Both the position numbers and the translations under genes were made by a program. A model generated the notes under the pieces. The model searched no databases and was not told the origin of the DNA. It was given only the letters and a program-made list of their open reading frames with translations. A stretch of DNA of 64,000 bases from Epiperipatus broadwayi (lineage: Eukaryota > Animalia > Onychophora), in the NCBI GenBank assembly GCA_028023455.1, contig JAQFVV010000001.1:15438001-15502000 (forward strand). The letters are read 5' to 3'. How positions within the stretch are numbered: position 1 is the first letter of the stretch; each line of letters opens with the position of its first letter. Below are positions 38,514 through 53,919 of the stretch, one piece after another.

Positions 38514-40319
38514 ATATTCTGCAAAGCTTGTTAAGAGCTTATTTGCGAGCTCTATATATAATATTTCATTATATATATATATTATTGATTTTCAATTTTC
38601 TATAATTTATGGTAAGCTTAGAATTATAAAATATTCTTTTGATTTTTAACTTTCAAAGAATTTTATTCAACAAAGCAATCTTTATTGCATGATTTATTTT
38701 GTTCACATGCCATTGAATGATATTAAGAAAACAAAAAATAATAATGAGTTTGACATGTAGCTCACAAAGTTTTGAAAGTAAAGGAAAATTCACAAATGTA
38801 TGAACTAGTTTTCATTTGAGATATTGCAATGGAGGCAAATTATACTCTTTAGTTTCTGTTTTTCATTTACATTTATTAATCTTGAGTGTTAATTTATTTT
38901 TTATAGCTTAATGCAAGTGAAATCAGGAGTCAATGAAAGTTTTTTGATTTATTTTTTTAAATCTCTTTGGCATATATTATCCAGTTTGCTTTCAAAAGTA
39001 TTCAGGTGTATTCTTTTTATGATAATAATCACGTTATTTGAAATACTCAAACTGAGATTATCTTTTTAATTTATTTAATTAAAAATCAATCTAGGAATCT
39101 TTATCAAGTCCTGAGCTTGTTCATTGCACTAAACCATAGAAGAATCTTCATGTTATTTTCCTTAAACTATATCTTTAAATACCCAAACTTCTCTAAAAGT
39201 ATTCTTTTCATATACAATTTGCCTTTTAGTAGCATCAATTACACAAACATTACTGTGTAGAGATCCATTCATATTCTACCCTATAAATAGTATTTACATG
39301 CATGCAAAACTGATGTTTGCACTTGGGAATTGACTTTATCTTGTGATGAGCAATACTGCTTAATAATAAAACACCAAAAATAATAGATCATGCAAAAAAC
39401 TTTCAGATAATAATTGTAGGGCATAGCTATCTTTTTTTAATATCCTGATTACTCTTTGTATAACTAATATGTTGCATCTCATTTGTAAATCATATGAACA
39501 AATCAATAATGCAAAATGATGATTGAAACAAGATTATAATTAACATGACAAATAACAAAAATGCATTATTATGCATAAGAAAATAAAAAATATATTCTTA
39601 TAATGTAAAATCAGTTGTAAAGAAAATAAGAAAAACATTTTCTTTTATCAAATTAATTATCAAATGAATTAAAAAAAATAGAAAACATTAAAGGCATTAC
39701 AAAAATTAAGTTTATATAAGTTAAAAATTTAATTCCAAATAATAAGTAGATCAGATGTTTCATTAGTGTTGGTCTCTGCATTTGGTTTCTAATTTGACAT
39801 TTTAATGTGAAGACAAGATTTTGAATTGTTTTGTGTCTATTGATTTCTTAATGGATTTAAAATTTACTTTATTTGGGAAAAGATTTGAGCACATTAAAAT
39901 AGATACTGTTATTTTTTCATGGTTAAAAACTAAATATAGATGCCCAACATTTCAATATAGTTTTATTTGTATATTTCAGATATTTTTCAATCCTTTCTGT
40001 GTTTCTTTAAATCTATTACTCCAAATTAAATAATTTTTAAATTAAATTAATTTCATTTCCAAGATACTGATTCTCAGAAAATAGAACTAGGGCATCCTTT
40101 GTTTAACTTCCATTTCATCAAAATTCTCTGAATAAATGATTAAAAAAAATAAAATTAATATATTTCAAAATTTTCTGAATCAGAGATTAAAAAAAGTAAA
40201 ATTTTACATTAAAAAATAATAAAATAACTATTGATAAAATATGAATTCACTAAAATATCAATCTATTCTATTTTTGTAGATTTATCAATTCAATAATAAA
40301 TAAATCAATCAATTTTTCT

Positions 40320-42900
40320 GGAAAGCAGTTAGGATCATCCCAAGTGCATTTGTGGGTCAATTAATGAACTTCAGATCATAAGTTGTTAATGATATAGGAT
40401 ATAATTGTGCAAGCCGGAAAACAAGGTAAGAAGTTCAGAAAGACTGAAGATATCATAGAACAAAGTACAGTTACTGAAAAAATATGATAAAAAAAAAAAA
40501 TTAATAGAGTTCCTTACAATAAAATATCAATTGAATAAACATTGAAGATGTATATCATAATCAAAAATGGAAATCCTCTACAAAAAATAGTATAACCCAA
40601 AGTTGATGTAGTTACAGTACAAGAGAGTCATTCATTTTAATAATGCTCATCTTAAAATCCCTGGCTTCATATGGATAATTAACTGAATGCATTCTAAATG
40701 TCATAAAACTCTTTGTTTTAAACTATTTGGTAGAATAAACAATCTCTTCTGAATATAAATTAAATGATAAACAATTATTATTACGATAATCTCTATGCAT
40801 CCAATATTTTATAAACTGCCAATAGAAACTGGTTTTACTTTTTATCAGTTCTTTTTACATTTTCTATATTCATGTAAGATTTCATTTTCCACAGAAGCAA
40901 TTGGAGATAAACAATTGACAACAAAAGCATACTCTTAGATAAAGCAAGAAGGAATATTTCATTCAAGCAGATGGCATAGTTGTTTTAATAAAAAAAAACA
41001 ATTTATCATTACCTATTCTATTACTATTACCACTTTGGGAATATATATTTCCATAAATGAAAGTCATTTAGTCACAAGAAAACCTATCTGAATAAAATAT
41101 ACTGGATGTCTTAATATATAATTGCAGTTTAACTATTTATTAATCTGCATTTAGAATAGGTTTTATTTACCTATTTAAAGAGGTTTATCTAAACTTCTTT
41201 GTATCAATAATTTCAATGTCTGTGGTCAAAGTGCAATCTTTAATGACTATATAAGTATATTAGTCCATTAATAAGGGTGGGATTCCACCCATATTGTTAA
41301 AAGAAGGTTGCTCTGACAACAGTTTGAAATTGTCTGTTAACTGGTTTTTAATGATTAATATATATAATATCACTCATTCTTTTTATAATAATTCATCACA
41401 TTCATAACTTCAAAAATTCCCACTTTCAAAGATATGAAAACAATTCATTTGAAATTGGATCAAATGCAGCACTGCTCTTTATAACCAGTTTAAAGTAATA
41501 AAGACCCCAAAATAGCTGATAAACTTATAAAATCTCATGATGATATTAAAAAAAAGAAGACAAGAATCAGTGACTCTATTGAAAGGCTTAATCATTTTTA
41601 TGTATGCTTTACAGTTGTAGAGGAATCTTTATAAAAAATACCACCACTATCATTGTCAATAAAATTATTAATCATATATTAGATTTCTAAACCGCAAATT
41701 GTCAGAACTAGAAAAAAGCATCATTATCAAAACTAACCTCTTTCACATTATTTTATTAATGTCAAACCAATAAAACTAGTAGTAATTAGCAAACTTGAAT
41801 TTACTCTTGAATGTCAGAAATCAGGAAAAGCCCAGGAACAGAGTTATGTACTCCAGAGCTTCTAAAATTTAAGACTCAAAACCAAAAAATTGTTGGCAAA
41901 TATTCATGACATTGTCCATACAAACACAATTTTAAAAATTTTGTAGGCATGCAAAACTATAACAATCTAAAAATATTGCCTATTGTTATTATTATATGTT
42001 CTCTACAAGCTCTTAAAAAAAAGTAACTTTAACAAGAATTATGAAAATAGCTGAACCATCTGTATTTAGAATAAACAATTCAGGAAAAGATAAAATTGCT
42101 GCAAATAAGGAGTGGTGCTATCTTTCCTGATTTAACATCAGCTTAAGATTCTATTTGATATATATATATTTTCTAATAGTCTTTAAAAATTTTTAAATAT
42201 AGATTTTCTTGAAGAAATATTCTTCAGGAAATAAAAATCAATGACACTAAATGATAATCATGGCAGACAAAAAATTTTCAGAATGGTTATATAATTTTAT
42301 TCATCAGTGATCTTCCTGGTAACAGAAGGGGGGGGGGGAAATTAATCTATGCTGATAACATTATCTAATCTTCACAAAAGAGATCTTTCCAGAAATAGAA
42401 AAAAAACTTTCAATAAGAATATGAAAGTTCAGAAAATCTTTTTCAAAGATTAGAGCTTTATCTCTAATCCTACAAAGATAATATGTTTAATTTTCATTTA
42501 AACAAAAACTAAACATTTTGTAAATTGGGGTGGAAATTTTTTTTGCTAACAATAGACCAGAACATGACTCTTAGAAATAATCTAATCATTTTATTCATCT
42601 CTCAAAGACTAGATCTAGAATAATTTATGGGTACAACCTTGGTAAACTGACACTATTTATTATTGTGATGTAAATACTCAAAGAACAGTTTCCTTAAAAC
42701 TTAAATAACTTACTGCACACATTAATATCCCATGAAAAATATTAATAGCACATATAAATCCACACCCTTGTAGTGGCTGTCTACACTTTTTAAGTATTAT
42801 TCCATTAGATGTCAATTAATTAAAGTGAAAGGCTGAAACCTTCTCACATGTGCATTTTTTTAGAATGCTTATACGACAGCCAATCAGATATAATGATGAC
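40320..42900 (+). mobile_element. Decayed Vingi/Ingi-like LINE
   Basis: QLN..IE, DVVTVQESH, LKIPGF, FHSSRW, FPDLTSA*DS, LIYADN, NWGG and STPL*WL remnants occur in the order typical of Vingi-type single-ORF elements. Confidence 0.6.
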
Positions 42901-45900
42901 TATTAAGTAAGATTTACCACTAAGTCAGGACATAATTTCACCACTTAATATTATTTCAAATCAAAAATTTCAAAGAAAAAAATCATTTAAATTATGAAGT
43001 AAACAGTGAGCTTTTATACAGTCCCAAATAAATTTATTTTTTGATGCAATAATAAAAGCAGCTGGAATTGATCTTCCTAGACATTATTGAAGTTTCTTTA
43101 ACGGATTTAAAATAATTGACTGTTGTCTTCTAATTATGCAGCTATAAATAATGAATCAAAGATTCTTTATAAGTTAGTGTACAGTTAGCCATCTATTAAA
43201 AATAATAATTAAAAATCTTAAACACTAAAATAAAATGTATAAATTGTTAAATAATTATTTTATTAAAAAATTATACCGTTTTTATAATTTAATTATATAG
43301 TAAATAGAAGCCACCAAAATATATAGTTATTAACTGATGTTAGAACTATATAACTATTATAGTAGTAGACTTGGATTCAAAATATTGAGATGTATTTGAT
43401 TATAAGAATGATAGCTTCATAGTAAAAAAAATAAAATGGCTACTGGATGGAAGATGGCTTTCATCTTCAATATCCAGGTACACCCATTGATGAAGACTAT
43501 AATAATCAGAAATTAGTCTATAGATATAGATATGATAGCAATGGAAATGAATTTAATAAATACTACTATAAATTATCTATTGGTATCAATGGAGTAGAAA
43601 AAATAAAATTTGTTCTTGAAAATTAAATAAAAGCAAAGGATATGTGAAATTTATTTTTTATTAGAAGTAAATAATCTATTATCTATATACTTGTCTAGTA
43701 ACTGCAGAATATTTTAAAACAGCAATCTGTAAATCTATAAAAATACATTTTATGTTGACATATCAAATGCTATTTCAAATTATTTATATGTTATAAGAGC
43801 AACTACCCAGGTCTGGGCATTTAAATGAAGAATGAGCTGAAAAGTTCATTAACCATGCTGAGAATTTATTTTCTTCTTCTGACAAATTCAATAAATAAAC
43901 TATCATAATAAAGATGGATTTTTTTTTTTTCAAAAGAATTTCTTACTGAGTATTTAAAACATAAATTCTTTTTGAAACTAGTCTGAATTAAAATATTTTA
44001 TTTCATTGAAATGTTTTAAAATAAAATTCTAAAATACAGTATATGTAACATTAAATTTCTCTTATCAGATAAGTAGTATTAATGTGTTTTTTAGTTTAAA
44101 AAATTTGATGAGATGCAATCTTCTTACAATATCATAGTTGATAGCTTGAATCTAAACTGAAATTAATACAATTTATATTTTTGGTCAATAAGTTACATGA
44201 TAAGTCATGATAGTACAAAATGTCTCTAAAATTAAATTTCTGATAATGAAAAATTATCTGACTAACTCTTCTTTTCTATATAAAGTTATCTTATTCTGAA
44301 ATATTCATGTTTTTATTATTATTATACTGTAATTAAAGTTGATATGTTGAGATTCATATAATTATCGTAATAGTAATAGATCAAGTTTTAACAAGAGTCA
44401 CTATGAAACATAAAACTAAATTATAAATACTAAGTCTTAAATGACCATAAGTAATATACGACCAGAAAAATATAAATTGTTTTATGGAACCAGGTACAGT
44501 CTTTTTTTATTTCAAATACAAAATCCATATGATTCTTAAATTGTCAGTTGAAATGTTTATATAAATTTAATAGCAGAGATTATTTAAATATTTTTTTTAA
44601 AGCATTATTTAATTTTTTCCTTCATCATTGTTGTTTTTCTTAATTTGACAACTTGACAGTATTTTGAGTTTTACAAAGCAGCATAAAAAAAAAAATCAAT
44701 TGTTGTTATATTTAGCAAAAACATTAAGAGGCAAATTAAAGTAGTTTCAATTTCTTATTTAGTTTCAGTAAATGTAACTAAAAACGGTTAAATAACCATT
44801 TTATTTTGCTATTTTCTTTAGTGTAACACACATGCATACAAATATTCTTGCAATAATTCTAAAACAATTGTCAGAGATCTATTATAATTTTGTTTGTATA
44901 AAATTCTTTATTAGAATGTTTATTTAAAAAAAGATTTTTTAAAATTACATTTTATAATGTTAACTACCAGTAATAATGTCATATTTTTATCAATTCAGTC
45001 ATTAGGGAATCAGAAGAGAATTCTTTAATATGGTTATAATAATGAGCTTATTATAATGATAAGCAATAACATTGATCATCATGGTTAATAATTTGGTAGA
45101 GCTTCCCATCTCCTTGACAAAAATTTATTCTAGCATCTCATTTTTAGGTTTAACCTATATATATATTGTAATGTTAAATATGGTTATATAAATGTCTAGA
45201 TATTATTATCCAGCCTTTTCGTAAATCATCAATTTGTAAAGTTACTTTTGAGTTAGAATGATGACATTTCTCTTGCTATTCTAAACAATGCTTCAATTTA
45301 TGACAACACCAATTTGAAAGCATCATGAATTATATTATTGTCATTGCTTTAATTATGATTATATTATGCACCACAGCTATTACATTAATCAATATATCTA
45401 TGATAGAAAACAGTTCTCACACATATCTTGTTACTATCTCAGATTCCGGTTCAAGATATCACAGATGAATAATACTGACAATAAGGCAATCCCAATATAA
45501 TGATGTGACAAAATGTGATCTGATTAACAACAAACAAAAAAAAATTTAAAGAATAATTTTGTTTACAAAATTTTAAATGATAGAAATAAATATATAAAAG
45601 TTGTTTATTAATAAACAGGATGAATTTATAATTATCCTTTTTCACCATGATTATCAAATGCTATTGCAATTAAGACAATACATTGGCTAAAGAAAATCTA
45701 GAGAGTACAATTAACTTTATGATATTCTCATCTCAGTTCAATGAAAAGAGGTGGCTTGATATATGAATCTTAAGTCTATAATTATACTTATGATCTCATT
45801 TCCTTGGATCAATGCTAGCAATAAATTCTTATTTACATAAAATAAATATAAAATGATCAAATTTTTCTAAATTCACTATTAAGATGGAACAATTTTTCAA

Positions 45901-47479
45901 TAGCAATTCTTTTCTTGATCCACTTGAGGATTCTTTCTTCATGTTGATTTTGTTATTTCCTCGGATATTTATAACAGTTATCAATAATAATTGATTTGGA
46001 AACAACTGCAATGGATTTGAGCATTACATAATAAAGATATTGAACATCATTGTGGTAGAATTGATTCACACATTTATTAGTGCAACATCTCATTCCAAGA
46101 ATCTTTAAGACGCTGCTCTGCTATGGTTTATGATTCATTCTGAATTTCTGTTTATTGTAGCTTCAACTCCCAATAGCAATCTTTTTTTCCTTAACAAGAG
46201 AAGACTAAAATGAAAAATAAGCTCATTTTTACAGAATAGCAACCTATTTTATATCCTGGCAAATGTTTTTTTTTTTTATTTAATTACTGTTTTCCAGTCT
46301 TACTGTTTGCTGGAAAATGTTAAAAATTGTTTTGATAAAATATGCTTTGTTTATCCTTGCTGCTTCTTTATAAAATTTTTACTAACTTGTTATTACTTTA
46401 CAAGGGAAAACTATTTCAATTTTTTAAAAAATGTAATTGTAAACAGTTTATTTTTAATGGTAATTGAAATATGCACAGAGAAAGAGAGAGGAAAAAAAAC
46501 ATTCATAAAGTAAATGTTACACATAAACAACAACAACAAAAAGATTCAACACAAGTTTAAATATTTTATATTATTCAGATTATCTTTTAACTCATTTAAC
46601 TAAGCAGACATAATCAACATCATTTATGAGAATTCTGCTTCATATCTTTTTTTTTTTTTGGATTAAAATTTTTTTTATTTTATGTATAAATTATATTAAA
46701 ATCTGACTGTAGCTTGGGATTATAAGCATTAGCATTAGAAGTCACATTATCACTTTTTATGATGGTGTCTCTCCATAGTTTTCCCCTAATATATGGATTT
46801 TCAAGTAAACTGAAAAATTTTCTGTATAAAGATCTTTCAAATGGTTTATATGAAGTATCTCCTCCTGAAAATTATATGTTCTACATTTAGGTGATGTGAA
46901 ATATTTCCTTCATTTCTTCCAGATATTGGCCATTTTAATCATCCTTATTTAAGCATTTGTTTGATCTTTCTTCCTATTTCTATTTTCTTTTATTATTGAT
47001 AAATGGGTTTTATTTTGGAGGCAATGATTATCATAATGGAGTGGGGTTGGAATAAAATCAACTGATTCATTATAAGACAGATTTATATAGGTAATTATTA
47101 GTTGAATTTAGTCACGTATTTGGTAATTTTAGATACATCCTGAACAGCTATTCAATGCCCACATAACTCTTGTGCATGTTTTGATTTAGGGTTCTTTATG
47201 GATGTTAATATATGCCTTACATTTGATGTCATATCCATTGTTGTCATTTCTTGTATAAAAATGGTGTTCCATTTTCTATTGGATAGCACAAGTTTTCCTA
47301 TTTGAGAAAACTGACAGGATTCTAAAATGTAAGTAGTATTTTTTGTATTAGTATTTCTTATAAAATATATCACTATAAATTTAGAAAGAATGTCATATAT
47401 CACCAAGAAATAAAAAAATCCTTTAAAATATAGAGAATACTTATACACTACGTATTGCTTATTTCCATCTTTCTGAAAG

Positions 47480-48300
47480 CAAAATGCTCATATAAACAAT
47501 GAATGTACGTAAATCTTTTTCTCAATATGGAGGAAAATATAACCCTTTATCTCTCATTCTGGTAATTCTTCTGGCAATTTATACAATTTTTTTTAATGTT
47601 ACATATTTTGTGCTCATTAAGCAATGCATTATTTAAAAATAAAATAATATATTGTTATTCTCTTGTAGAATCTTTAGATCTTTAAAATCATTTTCAATGA
47701 ATTGATTAATGACCAGCAGAAGGAAGGATATGTAAACATAATTTTTCAATGGATGCTGTGATTCTAATTTGTCTTGGATAATGATCAAGATATAGATACC
47801 ATTTTCCCACTGCAATTTTGGACTTTACATCCAAAATTCCTTTAAATATAAGAATTCAAGGCTCCAATGATCAAGATTCTTAAATGCTCATATTATGGCC
47901 AGAGTTTTTTCTCAGTGCTCCACATCTTCCAACTAATAAAGTATAACATCTTAGCTGTTTTGAGTTCTTGAAATGGTGACTACTGTTAGTTTGAGGTTTT
48001 GTTAAAATCTGAATAAGCTTATATTATTTCCTTTAAGAAGTTATTTGTAATATTTTGGAAATCCATCAGTCCATTCTCATTCAGATTCCTTATTCAGAAA
48101 CTGATTTATAGATTCTATACATTAGTTTTGGAAAATTGTGAGATTTTATTTAAATATAAATGGTTTTTTTATTTATTTCCCACTAAGTACTCTAGAAAAT
48201 TAATTTCTTTTGTGACCAAAACTGCTTTTGACCAAATTTATTTTTTTATATTTTTCTCTTTATCTTGTCCCCCCCCCCCTTCTCCGATGTTTAAATGGCC
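47480..48300 (-). mobile_element. Decayed pogo/Tigger-like transposase remnant
   Basis: Fragments FKNSK...LLVGRCG, LYLDHYP, ILPS/INQFIENDFK and FCFQKDG loosely follow the DDE_1 pattern. Confidence 0.35.
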
Positions 48301-49149
48301 ATAATTCATTTATGAGTACAGTAGTTACTAATGATAATATTTTATTTAAGGGAAATATAGTTAATAAAATAATTAATGAAATATAACTGTGTTAATAAAA
48401 TATGATTAAAAAAATCTTTTGGCCCATTCTGGATATTTAGACATTATTTCAGAATCTTGTAAAAATCTAGCGGTTTCTTTAGAATGAGTCTCTGATTAGA
48501 AAAACAAAATAATGATTTTGATTAAATGCTAATTTGTGAGGGCCTTAATTTTAATAAATTTAAAAAAGATGTTTGACCAAATCAGTCTAAACTGTCTCCC
48601 TTAATTTTAATAAATTTAAGGAAGATGTTCGAGCAAGTCAATCTAAATCTTCTATATGTGTGCCTCAATATCGTAACACTTTGATTTTTTCAACTCAAAA
48701 CACTTTTTTTTATGATTTACTTGATATCAATAATAACTTTTCTAAGTAAAGAAATAAACTATAAAATGTGAGTGAAAGCTAAAGAACTATGATGATAGTT
48801 TTTGTTCTATTACTATAACAACCAAATTGTTATTGTCAGCAGTTAGATCAAATAGCATTCCTAAAATGAATAATTTAGTTCAAAGGAAGGCATCACATGA
48901 CTTTTGTAGAGTATATTTAATATGCATTAGATGGCAATAAGCTCTTTCTCCCTACACTATAATCATTTATAAATAATAAAATTTTGCTAATTTCAAAACA
49001 ATATTTTTTGTCAGATAAAGATCATATGGTTAAAACATATGATATGATGTAAAATAGTTTCTCCTTAGACAAATAAATTTCTGTGCATAGGTCATATGCT
49101 TAGAAACATTTTTAGTCAAGTTAAAGAGTCCCTCTCTTTCACACTATTA

Positions 49150-49520
49150 CAAGCTAGAATAAATTAACTTCTTATGCATTTCCATATATTAAAGCACTTA
49201 CTATCACTCCTTTTCAAATTATTCATATTAATATATTATGAAAAATCATGTCTATTCTATTTTGATTTTCTTTTCAAATATAATTTCCAATTATTGCTGT
49301 AGTTATTTTTTTGTTAACAAAGCAACTAAATATATTCTTTCACTTTTTCGAAGCAAATAATTCCCATTTTCTATTCTTCAGTTTTATCCTCCCCATTTAA
49401 TAGTAATAATTTAGATTTTTCCTCACTGAATTTAACTTTCATATTTCTTCCTAATTCTCCATACTTTTCTATTAACAAATTGTATCTTTTATCTTATTTA
49501 TAAATATCATCTATAAAAAA
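49150..49520 (-). mobile_element. Non-LTR RT thumb fragment
   Basis: IEKYGELGRNMKVKFSEEKSKL...EKVKEY. Confidence 0.4.
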
Positions 49521-52500
49521 AAACCCATGTATTATGTATTTTATTATTTCTGACTATGAGAATTCCTATTCTTATATGTAATTTTATTTAATTTCAAATT
49601 CCAATTCTCTTAAAAACAAAATAAGCAAACCTATTTGCATTGCTATATGGTGTCTATTAATTTATTATTAAAATAAAAATGATTATAAAATGAATAAAAA
49701 TCATTATAGGAGTATAATAATGGAAACCATATTATACTAATGATTTTTGATTTCAGAATATATTTCAAGAATCTTATATGCTCTCAGTTAATAGATGCAG
49801 CATAATAACTGAATTAAAAATAATGTTTTCATACTTTCAGTTCCTTGATGAGAGAAATGATAGCAAGAAAATTATTGATTTTTAAAAAAATCTCTGTGCT
49901 ACTTTGAAGATATTCTGATGGATTACTAAAAGTGGTATTACAAACTATGTTGAATATCTTGTATATTTTATAACTAAAGCTGGATTTTGAAAGATAGAAG
50001 TTTACAAAATATAAGTAAGTGTGGTTAATCATGTCAAAGATTGTTTAAATATTAATCTTTATAGCGTACACATTTAATAGCTTATTAAAATAACTTAGTG
50101 CTAAAAAAACTTATTTACAGTGATATAAGACAGTTTTATCTTTACATTAATACCCAGAAATGATAGTATACCTACAATAGTTAAATCAAATTTGTACCCA
50201 CACATAAAGTTTTAACACAAAATAATTAACTTTCATTTATCTTTAAAACATTTTTTTAAGATTGCTTATACATATTAATTGTAATGTTACCAAATGTAAA
50301 TTTTCTCAATCAATTGTGGTATAAATATTTTATTACAAAATGTAACACCCCCCCCCCCCCAATTTGGATAAAAATTGATTAGAAGATATATTTATTAAGT
50401 ATTCACTTATTTAGACTTCATTTGTTGGCAACATTATTAATGTATGTTAAGAAACAAGAGTATTGTGACCTAATGGTAATAATAAATCATTGTTGGTGCT
50501 GGTTGTTTATCTTTGCAAAATAATTTGTTCTAGAATGTCAATTTTGAAACTTCATACATTTTAACGAGTTCTTATATTATTAAGATATATGCAATTGATA
50601 ATAGATTTAGCAAAATGTTTTTTAGAAGTCACTATTCTTTCCTTTTAATATATTACTCAAAATCATAAGATTCTGGTGGCTACAATTTTTTTTTTGCCTT
50701 TAAAATAAAATATTTATAAGAGATTTTGAGCCAAGATGTAAAATTTGAATAATATGCTTAGTTCAATTGTTTTTTAACAATATTTATTTAGATTGTATAG
50801 CATATTGTATAAAATGTTAGTTAGAATATTTGTTATATAAATATTTAAGTTTTGAAAAAAAAAAAAAAAAAATCCATTGTATTTAGGTTTATTTCATATC
50901 ATTCTGCTAATTTCAAATATATATATAGATAATATTAGTGGATAAAAGTCAGATATTGACATCATATTTCTTATATGATCTTATTAAGTGAGAACTTTTT
51001 TTTATAAATCACATTGTGATTAATATCAACTGGCTTCTTTTAAGTAGTTTCTCAGTTGAATTAATGGTCACAAATGAATTTCAATAATCCTAGGAACAAC
51101 TTGAAGAAAATATCAAAAATTAGTTTATAATTTTCTTTGGAGTAATTTCAGTGAAGTGACCATTTAAAAAAAATAAAGATTTATATTAGTGCCATTGGTA
51201 TTACTTATTCAGATAGGTGAATGAAAATGATAGATAGATTAATTCCAATAATTTTATTTGTACATCTTGATTTCAATTTTTTATTAAAATTTTTCCTGAG
51301 GAAAAATATGATTCAAAACTAGAAATAATGAGTATATATATACAATTGTATGGTAATTTTCTCAGATACCCTAGTGTTAAAACATTTAAGATTCTTAAAT
51401 TAACAGAACAAATTTGTTTTGTTTTGAAAAATTTATTTTCTTCATTTCTTAATCTTATTATGAGAATTGAATATCTTTATACATTGAATAAAGCATCCAA
51501 TATTTTTTTGTTTAAATCTACTGATGGTAAAGTATCTAAACAGAAAATAATTTTCAAAGTTTGATGGTAATTAATGCAATAGACTTTAAAATCTTTTGAA
51601 TCTTGAAATTTTTTGAATTTCTAATGCTGGCAATGAATGTTTACTGTAATAGAAATTTTATTCTTGGATAAAATGCATCACAAGATCTAGACAGAAAAAA
51701 GTATTCAACATGAAGGCTGTTTATCTACATGCATAAAACTGCAGATCATGTCTAATGGATGCACATAAAACATAAAAAAAGCCTTTTCTGATAAATAATC
51801 CAACATATTTTCTGCAGCTAAACATGTAATAAAAGTTTTTGTCAGAAGATAAACTAACAGACTATTGTCTTCAATTACTTTATTAATTAAATAATAAAAA
51901 AACCTGTTATAACTTACTGTCTCATTTATTAATTCCATCAATTCCCTAATTTACAAAGGCTTTGCTGCCCCCCCCCCCAAATCCTGAATATTACATGTTT
52001 TTTGTTTTCAAATTAAACAACAGATGAATTTGGGCACAGACTACGTTCATATTTGTAGCAAATTATTTATAATCAACTAATTTGGAAGTCAAACAGTAGT
52101 TAAATGTCTTCAGGAATAAAATTTTAAGAAATTTCGATTTAATTTATATTTTTAAAAAATGGGTAAATAAGAGATTGATTTGTATAATCAAAAATTATGT
52201 TAACTTGAAAAGTCATCAAAAATCATGAAGTAATTATTTATATATTGTAAGTACCAGATTAGTGCTGTATGTCACAGTATATATATAAAAAATAAAGAAG
52301 TTTTTTCATCTTAATTTTCATTTCACTTGAACTATGGATAACGGAGGTGTTGAAGTTTTAATGTTAACTAATAACCATGGCAACCTAATATTTTAAAATA
52401 ATATTATTTACAATTAATATTATCATCAAATCATAAATCTGTTGTGATCAATTTCAGGAAAAACACAAATCAGTTAATAAATAAATAGATTCTGGAAAAT

Positions 52501-53919
52501 AATTAAGTGAATTATAAAAAAGATCACTTGAATAAAATCAATATTATTACTAATTATTACACACTTCAATTTCTGTCACTACAATCACCATAGCAACTTA
52601 CCTATTATAAAATTAAATGTTTTATGTTTCATATATGTTTGTTTATAAATCAGTTTATTGGAAAATATTAAAAATATATGTAAAATATATATATATATTA
52701 ATTAAAGTGTATTGAAAATGTAATATGAGTTCTTTATTTTTGGTTAAAAATGAAAAATAATATTGAACTTGTAAAAAATTAACCTATAATAATGTTCAAC
52801 ATTTCAGGTACTCATATGTCAGTAGGATTTGAATTAGGATTATATGATGTAACAATCTTTTAAAAGTGAACTAATGTGTCTAGATGTACTTATGATGACA
52901 TCATAATGGATAACCCAAAGGCATAAATCTAAAATACCATTTTGTTGCAATATTATTACTCCATAGTTACGGTATATTTGAATAATTGCACATGGATTTC
53001 TTGCCACTGTAAAAGTTTTGAAACTTTGAATATTTAGTGTTTAGTTCTAATTTAAGGTTTTCTTTTATATCTATATATACATTCAAGTAACCACTTCATG
53101 TATGTCTGTTGATGTAAAAAATAATTGTTTTAAAGCAAACAATTAATTGGAGGAAATTGCTATAGTTGATAGAGACTATGAATAATCGAGTAGATTTTAT
53201 TAGGATAACTTATTTAGGTTTAATATTCTTAATAACAAGTTATAATAAGCTAAACTCTCTTTACTAATTAAATTTGAAAAAAAAAAAAAATTCAAACTTA
53301 TATTTTCCTCTAATTGTGCAATGTGTATATTGTCTTGCATCGTAAATGATTTAAATACCCACATTAACACTACATGTTTGATTTTCCATGACATGTTACT
53401 TTTACTTGTTTATTATTTATGCAATGTAAATAAACTGCCATCGTTTAACTAACTAGAAGTCATGGGTTGTACTTATTTTAATTCATAACAACAAAATTCA
53501 TAAGCTATAGTTACAGAAGACAGGGATAGGTGAAATTTAACTAGTAAATAATTTAGTATGAATTTATTTTATTAAATTAACATTAGTTAGTATTAATCTT
53601 ATGAAGCTTGGTATCTAATTAAAAACTAGTACTCTTTATTATTCGATCCTATATTAGATTGTACTAGTATAAGTGAGAAAGTCAACACAATAAAACTCTT
53701 TATTCTGATATTTCAACATATTGTATTTTATGAAATATTAAGTCTGACTTCACATAATAATCTCTATCCATGGGTATTAAATCTATCAATTCTCTTACGC
53801 CCATTTGATTGGACATGGAATTTCTTTTTCTCAATCCATTTAATTACATTCATATGATGAATATATGCCTTGAGTATATGACCATGACCAGCTAGTCGTC
53901 CCATTCATACCATTACAAT

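Noticed and set aside
47130-47330. Coding exon bounded by TTTTAG and GTAAGT
   Set aside because: All three plus frames contain stops, and the minus-strand alternative gives no recognisable peptide.
51705-51941. hAT dimerisation domain in the 78-aa ORF
   Set aside because: Only a vague SEKAF resemblance; insufficient support.
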